Notes under the pieces: model-generated
What the model saw: the letters and a program-made list of their open reading frames with translations, nothing else
What the model was told of the DNA's origin: nothing
Databases searched by the model: none
Source: Candidatus Hermodarchaeota archaeon
Lineage (GTDB): Archaea; Asgardarchaeota; Hermodarchaeia; Hermodarchaeales; Hermodarchaeaceae
Reading direction: 5' to 3'
Length of the DNA: 24,000 bases
Assembly: GCA_016839365.1 (NCBI GenBank)
Contig: JAEOUH010000039.1
Location: 4,136 to 28,135, forward strand
Position numbers and translations under genes: made by a program
In this document: piece after piece, positions 17,483 to 24,000 of the stretch
How the letters are laid out: every line of letters starts with the position of its first letter
Numbering within the stretch: the stretch's first letter is position 1

Positions 17483-18631
17483 TTAGAAGATGGTAATAAA
17501 CCGGGTTGCAGGCTCACTGCGAAGTCGTACAGCAACATGGTCATTATTAAGCTGGAGAAAATGCCGTTCATGTTCTGTTAGCTTTTGATCAAGGGGGGAA
17601 AGGACTGCATCGAGGCCATTTGTGAGAATGAAGTTACCAACCTGATTGACCATTGGATTTGATTGATTGACCTTCGTTTCAAAAAAGACCAAGGGACTCT
17701 GTAAAGCCGCATAACGAGTACAGAGCCAATAAGCCAGCTTGGGGGAGAGCTCAGGTGGATTAACTAGGAAGAGGGGAGGAAGAGAATTTTCCTCGCGTGA
17801 AATAAGCTTCATGAGCAGTAGGTTCATTGCAAAAACGCTAGTTGGTGTATCAGTAACCGAGATTATTGTTGGAAGATGCGTGATATGAGACAAGGCGACA
17901 TTGTCATAATTTGGTTTGAGTAGGTCATGGGGGAGGGCATCAATTAAGCGGCGTATTTCAAAATAAGAAGCACCATGATGGTGATAAAATGATAGAGTAT
18001 TTTGGAGGTACTCAATTGACGGTTGAGCAGCCGACAGAAGTATTTTCCAGATAATTACGTGAAGAAGATTCCGAGCTGTAGGAGAGAGAGGATAGAACTC
18101 TTCAAAGAGTCTTATAAGGATGCTAATCTGCTGCGAGGGATGCAGTCCACCGCCTAAGTTCAAGGCGTTGAAGGTGATTTCATCCTTTTCTAAGTCTAGA
18201 TGCCACAGGGGACCTTCACAGACTTGTTGTTCGAGACCCTCTGAGGGCGCCCCTTTGATGACAATGACTGGGATGCGGTGATCGTCATGAAGTTGTATGA
18301 GCAGATTGAAGTAGATGTCTTGAGCCCTGGGACCGACAACGAAGAGGTTGATGAGGTCTTGAAGTGTCAATGAAAAGGGGTGAGTTTGATGGTTCTGTAT
18401 TAGGTATCCGATTTGAATCAACCCGGTCGTGTGGTGCGATTCGAAGTTAAAATGCGAACTTTCATCCGACAAGCCGTTTCCCCACATTCCATGCGGGTTC
18501 CGCCTCTTTTTTAGGTATTCGTGATAGTCTGTTTTAATAGACAGACATACTGCAGAGAGGTCACTGAAAGTAATCGCTGACCTTACTCCACTATGCCGTT
18601 TCCTATTTAAGCGATAAGCGGTAATGCTCAT
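17483..18631 (-). CDS. HerA/VirB4-like ATPase-related protein with degenerate P-loop and Walker B (putative pseudo-ATPase)
   Basis: Layout 'DLINLFVVGPRAQDIYFNLLIQLHDDHRIPVIVIKGAPSEG...ITFNALNLGGGLHPSQQISILIRLFEEFYPLSPTARNLLHVIIWKIL' follows HerA/VirB4/DUF87 ATPases, but no GxxGxGK[ST] and no acidic Walker B are present. Confidence 0.5.
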   Translation of the reverse strand: MSITAYRLNRKRHSGVRSAITFSDLSAVCLSIKTDYHEYLKKRRNPHGMWGNGLSDESSHFNFESHHTTGLIQIGYLIQNHQTHPFSLTLQDLINLFVVGPRAQDIYFNLLIQLHDDHRIPVIVIKGAPSEGLEQQVCEGPLWHLDLEKDEITFNALNLGGGLHPSQQISILIRLFEEFYPLSPTARNLLHVIIWKILLSAAQPSIEYLQNTLSFYHHHGASYFEIRRLIDALPHDLLKPNYDNVALSHITHLPTIISVTDTPTSVFAMNLLLMKLISREENSLPPLFLVNPPELSPKLAYWLCTRYAALQSPLVFFETKVNQSNPMVNQVGNFILTNGLDAVLSPLDQKLTEHERHFLQLNNDHVAVRLRSEPATRFITIF

Positions 18632-18652
18632 TTCATCGATGAGGCGAAGCCT

Positions 18653-19567
18653 ATGAAAGTGAAACCATTCATTGCGATAATGCGCCCCGCGAATCCATTA
18701 TTTGGTAGCCTCACCGCCATAATCGGCATTCTTACCACAAACTACTTCATCATCACCAACTTTGGATTAGTCCGCTGGACGATTCCGGAACTAATCATCG
18801 TTTTGATTCTAACAGCACTCACCTACATTTTTCTCGCTTCAGCAGGCAACGTAGTCAACGACATCTACGACATAGAGGTCGACAAGGTCAACCGTCCTGA
18901 ACGGCCTCTTCCCAGTGGACAAATCACACTGCGCCAAGCTAGGGTGTGGACAGTAATACTTGTCCTCATCTCCCTATTCTTCTCAGCTCTAACCATTCCA
19001 TACTCAGCGATTGGTTTTTGGACAGTTGCCATTGCGACCCTGTTTGCGCTTGTCGGATTAGCCTATGCAGCTAAAGGAAAGGTTATGGGCATATGGGGGA
19101 ACTTCACGGTCGCGATTAGCTTTGCTTTTGGACTCTTCTATGGATCTCTGGTAACCTTTTTGTTTATTCCACCAGTCATCTTCATCTACTTCTTAACCGC
19201 GGCTAGTGTTCTTCAGGGACGAGAAATCATAAAAGGAATTGAAGATGTGGAAGGTGATGCGCTTCGTGATGTCCAAACAATTGCCCGAAAATACGGTGTC
19301 CGCAAAGCAGCTATTGCCGCAGCAATCTGTAACGTCATCGGTATTATCGGCTTTTGGATACCATGGATTGCCAATTTGCAAAGTTTTCAATGGACCGGAA
19401 TTCTTTACATCGTGTTATTAATTCCAGGGTCCATCTGTGTAGCATTATCAACAATCATCATACTAGGAAACCCTGAGAAGAACGCATCTAGAGCTAGTTT
19501 CTTTGACAAACTGGGCGCCTATCTGGGCTTGTTAAACTACGTGCTTGGATCGATTTTTATTATATGA
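18653..19567 (+). CDS. UbiA-family prenyltransferase (digeranylgeranylglyceryl phosphate synthase-like)
   Basis: NVVNDIYDIEVDKVNRPERPLPSGQI and IKGIEDVEGDALRDVQTIARKYG (the two Asp-rich motifs), MKVKPFIAIMRPANPLFG N-terminus, multiple TM helices. Confidence 0.9.
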   Translation: MKVKPFIAIMRPANPLFGSLTAIIGILTTNYFIITNFGLVRWTIPELIIVLILTALTYIFLASAGNVVNDIYDIEVDKVNRPERPLPSGQITLRQARVWTVILVLISLFFSALTIPYSAIGFWTVAIATLFALVGLAYAAKGKVMGIWGNFTVAISFAFGLFYGSLVTFLFIPPVIFIYFLTAASVLQGREIIKGIEDVEGDALRDVQTIARKYGVRKAAIAAAICNVIGIIGFWIPWIANLQSFQWTGILYIVLLIPGSICVALSTIIILGNPEKNASRASFFDKLGAYLGLLNYVLGSIFII

Positions 19568-20271
19568 AAGGAGAGAAAACGAGGCTGCGAATTGCTGCCA
19601 CAAGTGACATTCATTGGCCCCAATATCAGGGATTGTTCATCAAAGCTTTACGACAATTACCCAAGCCTGATCTTTTACTCCTCGCAGGTGACCTTGTCAA
19701 TCGGGGAAACCCACACAGCATTACTCCGGTCATTGAAAAGCTGAAAGAAGCCAAATTAGAGTGCCCAATACTCGCTTGTTTTGGAAACGACGACTATGAT
19801 TCCATTAAAGATACAATGCGCACGCAAGGACAAGACACTATACAATTTTTAGATGATGAACTCGTGACACTTCCCATTCAAGGAAAACAGGTTTCAATCG
19901 TGGGGAGCCGTGGCGTCCTTGACCAACCTACTTTTTGGCAGTCTCGAAACATCAAGGAAATAAAAGAAGTTTATACGAAAAGACTTGATGTTCTCGATTC
20001 CTTACTCGAGAAGGCAAAGGCACTGAGCCGATATTTGATTCTCCTCACTCACTACACCCCCACCTTTATGACGTTGAAAGGCGAAACTAAACGATCCCAC
20101 GCCCAAATGGGCAGTCGACGGGTCGAAGAACTGCTCAAAAAACACTCGCCAATGCTTGCAGTTCACGGACACGCACACAACGGATTGCCTAAAGCCAAGT
20201 TGAACAAGGTGCGAATCTACAACGTTGCCCTCCCCTTGAACCGTCGGATTGTCGTCATCAATCGATTATAA
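19564..20271 (+). CDS. Calcineurin-like metallophosphoesterase
   Basis: SDIHWP, LLAGDLVNRG, CFGNDDYD, LTHYTP, VHGHAHNG metallophosphoesterase motifs. ATGA overlap with the upstream stop codon. Confidence 0.88.
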   Translation: MKGEKTRLRIAATSDIHWPQYQGLFIKALRQLPKPDLLLLAGDLVNRGNPHSITPVIEKLKEAKLECPILACFGNDDYDSIKDTMRTQGQDTIQFLDDELVTLPIQGKQVSIVGSRGVLDQPTFWQSRNIKEIKEVYTKRLDVLDSLLEKAKALSRYLILLTHYTPTFMTLKGETKRSHAQMGSRRVEELLKKHSPMLAVHGHAHNGLPKAKLNKVRIYNVALPLNRRIVVINRL

Positions 20272-20377
20272 TCGAATTCTTGTGAAGATGAGCTGCGCGC
20301 TATCGCAAGGATTTAAGTCGGACGGAAACTCGTTTCCAAGCCTGTTTGCGCCCGTTTTACTGAATTAGGAAAAGTAT

Positions 20378-21889
20378 ATGTGGTTTCCAAGAAACGGAAG
20401 GCTCATGTCCCAGCCAGCGGTGGATCCAAAAAACAGTGGTTTCTGTCCCTCCTGCCATATCAATATGGCAGAACGTTACTGCAAAGAATGTGGACAAGTC
20501 TTTTGTCTCCCTTGTTCACGTCAGGATAACAGCGAATTCTACACCTGTGCCCGCTGCGGACCGGACACCATCGAAGAACGGGAAGAGGGTGAATGGGTTT
20601 GCACCGAATGTGATGGACCCGCTCAGTTGGCGACCCGCCGAGTCCATCTTTGCCCAAATTGTGGCTCCGAGGGAATCGTCCCAATTCACAATATGCGACA
20701 AGAACTGGTTGGCCGCTATCGGACGACTTACTACAGGCTTAGAACAGGTCATGAACTGCTATCAGGATTTGCTGCCCGGTTGCGGATTTTACGATGGCGA
20801 ATCCGAGAATTACGAACAGCGAGTTTTCTGCATGACCCAGATGTGGAAAAGGAACTCCTTGATCTGATTAAATCTGACTTGTCTAGCGTCCAAGAACGTA
20901 TTCTCTTTCGTGCACGGAGTGTAGTCGAACGGCATCGAGCAAGCAAGATTCGCTTTTTGCACCCAGAACGTTGGACCATCACAGACTTTCCCTTGCTGGC
21001 TGGTCTAATCGAAGCGATCCAAGAAGACGTGGCAGACTACCAGGCCTATTGTCGTGATCTTGTCGGTGAGCTAGACGTAAAACTTGCTACCATCGAGGCC
21101 CGGCTAACCAAGATTGCCGAATGGCACAAACTCTTCGATGACCACATCGAATATCTTCCACTTATTGAGAATGAACGACCCGTTGCTGCTATTCATCCTG
21201 TGAGCCTGAACAAAACCGACACGAATGAAAGGATGGGTAACGGAATCTTATTCATCACCAGCAAGCGTTTGATCTTTCTGGGGCGGAAAGGGTTCTTTAC
21301 CAAAGAAACTAGGGTCATCCGTTCATTAGCCCTTGCGGAAATCACCGATGTTGAGCTTGAAGGACGGATTCGCAAACGGCTACGAGTCGCAATTGAAAAT
21401 GATGAGTTGAAACTTGGTGGCCCCTCAAGAGTATTGGAAGACATCCCGGATGCCATTAATTTAGCAACAAGCTTCTCGGAGCACAGCCTGGTCACTACCT
21501 CGGGTTCTCTGCGTATTCTAAATTTAAAGGTCGATGTGACTTCTCTGCGGGATGAATTGGATCAACTCATTAATTACGCAATTTCTCCTGAGGACGGAGA
21601 CCTATCTCGCCAACCTGAGGGGTCTCGCCCTTATCCATATCCCGATGGGTATTATCCTCGGTTTTCTTCACGATCTGATGGGTTAGAGCGAGATCCTGTC
21701 TTCCAGCTAGAGCAACAGCGGTTTAGCATCGAATCCACTATGGAGTTGCTCAAGAAGCAGTTCGAGGAAGGAAAGCTGTCTGATGAGAAATTCTTCAAAC
21801 AGTACCGTTCCCTAACTCAAGAACTGTATCTTGTGGAAGCCCGGATACGAGACACACAATCTCGTAAGGGTTTCGAAGACAAACGATAA
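20378..21889 (+). CDS. Zinc-finger / coiled-coil / PH(GRAM)-like domain protein
   Basis: Two Cys-rich modules (CPSCHINMAERYCKECGQVFCLPCSRQDNSEFYTCARCG; VCTECDGPAQLATRRVHLCPNCGSEG), a helical middle region, then GNGILFITSKRLIFLGRKGFFTKETRVIRSLALAEITDVELEG, plus a C-terminal SHOCT-like helical region (LLKKQFEEGKLSDEKFFKQYRSL). Confidence 0.7.
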   Translation: MWFPRNGRLMSQPAVDPKNSGFCPSCHINMAERYCKECGQVFCLPCSRQDNSEFYTCARCGPDTIEEREEGEWVCTECDGPAQLATRRVHLCPNCGSEGIVPIHNMRQELVGRYRTTYYRLRTGHELLSGFAARLRILRWRIRELRTASFLHDPDVEKELLDLIKSDLSSVQERILFRARSVVERHRASKIRFLHPERWTITDFPLLAGLIEAIQEDVADYQAYCRDLVGELDVKLATIEARLTKIAEWHKLFDDHIEYLPLIENERPVAAIHPVSLNKTDTNERMGNGILFITSKRLIFLGRKGFFTKETRVIRSLALAEITDVELEGRIRKRLRVAIENDELKLGGPSRVLEDIPDAINLATSFSEHSLVTTSGSLRILNLKVDVTSLRDELDQLINYAISPEDGDLSRQPEGSRPYPYPDGYYPRFSSRSDGLERDPVFQLEQQRFSIESTMELLKKQFEEGKLSDEKFFKQYRSLTQELYLVEARIRDTQSRKGFEDKR

Positions 21890-21919
21890 ATCAAGCTAAC
21901 ATTTGAAGGCGTACGTAAG

Positions 21920-22552
21920 TTATTCTTTAACTTCCTTTTTCAGGCGTTCAAGTTCTCGCTTTGTTCGCTCGCGTCGTTCCTCTGAGGTTTCGAGGAGCTC
22001 TTCTTCGCCTTCAGGCACAGAAGGTAGTTGACCTGCTTCTTCGAGGGCGATCATGGTTTCGATGTCCTCAAGTTCGGCATCAACCTCAGCGTCCATTTCT
22101 TCGTCCTCAAGGCCGAGTCCCAGGATTTCTTCGGTGGCTTCAGCTTCCTCAATGAGGGCTTGTGTTTCAAGAATAACTTCACGTGCGACCTCTGGTGAAG
22201 CTGTCTCTCGTAGGTTCTCCAGTTCAGCACCGATGCCTTTGAGGGCACTGATAACTTCAGTTTCTCCACGAGCTTGATCGATGGCTTCAACGCCACGTTC
22301 CATCAAATCGATTTCTTGCTCAATCAGACGGGCTTTGCGCAGATAGCGTTGACGTCTACGAAGCTGTAACTTCGCCGCCTTTCGATCACCCCGACGAACA
22401 TAACGGATAGCTTTAATCCTCGAGTCCTTGGCCTTCGTTTCATATTGACGACCACGGACTTCAAGTTTGTCTGTTACCCGATGAATCCGGGCAATCGTGT
22501 CTTCTTTAGGTTCAGGTTTTTTCGGAAAGAGTTTTTCCCAGAATTTAGCCAT
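21920..22552 (-). CDS. ESCRT-III protein, Snf7/Vps20/Vps32/CHMP4-like (ESCRT-IIIB)
   Basis: Short basic N-terminus (MAKFWEKLFPKK), then DSRIKAIRYVRRGDRKAAKLQLRRRQRYLRKARLIEQEIDLMERGVEAIDQARGETEVISALKGIGAELENL; acidic C-terminal half. Confidence 0.82.
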   Translation of the reverse strand: MAKFWEKLFPKKPEPKEDTIARIHRVTDKLEVRGRQYETKAKDSRIKAIRYVRRGDRKAAKLQLRRRQRYLRKARLIEQEIDLMERGVEAIDQARGETEVISALKGIGAELENLRETASPEVAREVILETQALIEEAEATEEILGLGLEDEEMDAEVDAELEDIETMIALEEAGQLPSVPEGEEELLETSEERRERTKRELERLKKEVKE

Positions 22553-22556
22553 TTGT

Positions 22557-23168
22557 CTAGCCCTCCTCCTTTAATCGTTCAATTTCTTTTTCTAATTCAG
22601 AGACGCGCTTTTCGGGTTCGGGGAGTGAGGTACCTGTTTCTACTTCGATTTCTGAATCGAGCTCCCGAAGTGCGTCTTTCACTTCGCCATCAGTGACCTC
22701 GGTGGAAACGGCCATCCGGTCCATTCCCGCTTCGGCGACTTCTTGGGTCATTTCGAAGTGACGAAGGTTGCCTTCGATCTGATCAACAAGTTGTGCAACC
22801 TCAGGAACCTTAACCTGGTTCTTCAGTCCGCCAAGGGCAGAGTTGAGCTGGCCTAGGATTTTAGCCACTTCACCCATGGCTTCACTTTGGCGTAGTTGGG
22901 TTTGTAATCCTTCAATACGGAGACGATAGGCATCTACGCTCAGAGCCCATTTTTGGAATCGCAGATGATGTTGAAGGTACATCCGCGTGGCATCCATATT
23001 ACCCGATAACCGGTACTTTTTGGCCCGTTCACGGCTTTTACTCGCTTCTTTTTCGAGCATCTTCCGTTGTAAATCGAGCTTCCGGCAGAAGACATCAAGA
23101 CGGAAGATGAGCTTCTTCAGATCGGGTCCACCGCCCAGCCAATTCATAAATCGGCGAATAGCAGACAT
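22557..23168 (-). CDS. ESCRT-III protein, Vps2/Vps24/Vps46/CHMP1-like (ESCRT-IIIA)
   Basis: LEKEASKSRERAKKYRLSGNMDATRMYLQHHLRFQKWALSVDAYRLRIEGLQTQLRQSEAMGEVAKILGQLNSAL follows the CHMP1/2 core pattern. ORF is open from 23198; start at ATG 23168 (MSAIRRF) is preferred from the upstream TATA-like element. Confidence 0.8.
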   Translation of the reverse strand: MSAIRRFMNWLGGGPDLKKLIFRLDVFCRKLDLQRKMLEKEASKSRERAKKYRLSGNMDATRMYLQHHLRFQKWALSVDAYRLRIEGLQTQLRQSEAMGEVAKILGQLNSALGGLKNQVKVPEVAQLVDQIEGNLRHFEMTQEVAEAGMDRMAVSTEVTDGEVKDALRELDSEIEVETGTSLPEPEKRVSELEKEIERLKEEG

Positions 23169-23203
23169 TGTCATTAACCTACCACTGACACCCTTCAAAT
23201 CGG

Positions 23204-23218
23204 GACTATTATACTTTT
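23204..23218 (-). promoter_or_regulatory. Candidate TATA box for the ESCRT-III gene pair
   Basis: Minus-strand 'aaaagtataatagtc', about 45 nt upstream of ATG 23168. Confidence 0.4.
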
Positions 23219-23422
23219 GGTCTATTAGCCTTTAATTGCACGGTTCCATATATCGATTCGCAAAACCCAAGAGGTTTAGAAGCCTTTTAATGGCGTAGGA
23301 CTTTGCCATGGAACAGCTTATGAATTGATAATTGGTTTAGGTTCAAAGGATCTACAAGACCGTCTTTTGTAAAGGGTCTCAATTACTGGGTTCGCCATTA
23401 CCATCACTGTCCAAGGACTGAC

Positions 23423-23438
23423 ATTATATGCATAAAAA
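23423..23438 (+). promoter_or_regulatory. Candidate TATA box for the membrane-protein gene
   Basis: 'attatatgcataaaaa', about 75-90 nt upstream of the TTG start at 23513, on the opposite side of the divergent intergenic region. Confidence 0.3.
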
Positions 23439-23512
23439 CGTTTAACATTCAATTGTAAAGAGATACAGAGACCAACATACATCAAAATAGTAACAAGTTA
23501 GGTGGTGGAAAC

Positions 23513-24000
23513 TTGCAAATAAACTCCGGTTTGTTGATTGCGATAGCAGAAATCGCAGGTATCTTTGTAGGATTCGGTGCCCTCATCGGAATCACTCGCG
23601 AGAACAAGATTGCGATAGCCCAACTTGCACGGATTCGCGGTGTGGTCATAGTTGGACTAGGATTAATAATCGCCGCCCTTATACCGGTCGGTCTTAGCCT
23701 TTACGGCCTCACTGATCACACCCTCTGGTTTATTTCTAGCCTCATCTTCTTTTCTCTCAACTGGACCGGCATCATCTTGTCTATGCGAGATCCTTTGTAT
23801 AGAGAACTTATGAAAACCGAGATGCAGACCAGCCCAGTTATCTACGTACTTTTTTGGCTCGGCCTAGAGCTCCCCCTTCAAGCACCATTGGTTCTAACCA
23901 TGCTTGGCTTGTTTCCTAATCTAGAATCCGCCTTCTACATAACTGCGCTCTTGTTTAACCTCTTTCAGGCTGCGTTCGCACTGGTGCAACTAGTCCATTC
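23513..24000 (+). CDS. Multi-pass membrane protein of unknown function, 3'-truncated by window edge
   Basis: Open frame from TTG 23513 to the window end: LQINSGLLIAIAEIAGIFVGFGALIGITRENKIAIAQLARIRGVVVIVGLGLIIAALIPVGLSLYG..., with several hydrophobic helices. Not in the supplied ORF track. Confidence 0.65.
   Translation, partial: MQINSGLLIAIAEIAGIFVGFGALIGITRENKIAIAQLARIRGVVIVGLGLIIAALIPVGLSLYGLTDHTLWFISSLIFFSLNWTGIILSMRDPLYRELMKTEMQTSPVIYVLFWLGLELPLQAPLVLTMLGLFPNLESAFYITALLFNLFQAAFALVQLVH

Noticed and set aside
22051-22696. Overlapping alternative-frame ORFs in the ESCRT-III genes (22051..22296 minus; 21961..22155, 22053..22277 and 22445..22696 plus)
   Set aside because: Low-complexity or shadow translations (for example SSSSASTSASISSSS) caused by the Glu-rich codons of the true frames.
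23219-23512. Checked the longest intergenic regions for tRNA, CRISPR or other structured RNA
   Set aside because: By eye there was no tRNA-like T-loop/CCA pattern and no regularly spaced direct repeats; a tRNAscan-SE and Rfam run would be needed to exclude them fully.
1-24000. Looked for defence islands, transposases, integrases, toxin-antitoxin or phage genes
   Set aside because: Nothing recognisable; gene content is housekeeping plus Asgard-type eukaryotic-signature genes.

Overview
The window reads as an ordinary chromosomal stretch from an archaeon, most likely an Asgard-lineage one. That assignment is an inference from gene content: two ESCRT-III-type genes, a gelsolin-like domain gene beside a Roadblock/LC7 gene, eukaryotic-type ribosomal protein S26e and archaeal lipid and tRNA genes. 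The left end holds a sugar-1-phosphate nucleotidyltransferase and three phosphohexomutase paralogs (about 6 kb, probably UDP-sugar or glycan precursor synthesis). Next comes a translation-related group: a standalone archaeal ThrRS-type editing domain, S26e and TrmY. After that: a PadR regulator, a CDP-alcohol phosphatidyltransferase, a tandem PhoU/TrkA_C-like pair, thioredoxin reductase, a membrane-anchored extracellular alpha/alpha-toroid repeat protein, SerRS, a gelsolin-like plus Roadblock pair, an HD hydrolase, AspRS, a small TPR/MIT-like helical protein, a probable pseudo-ATPase resembling HerA/VirB4, a UbiA-family prenyltransferase, a metallophosphoesterase, a zinc-finger/coiled-coil/PH(GRAM)-like protein, and an ESCRT-III gene pair. 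I saw no rRNA, tRNA, CRISPR array, transposase or phage genes. The best leads are (1) the ESCRT-III pair with the convergent zinc-finger/PH-like protein, (2) the gelsolin-like/Roadblock pair, (3) the HerA/VirB4-like protein that lacks both Walker motifs, and (4) the standalone Thr-tRNA editing domain.
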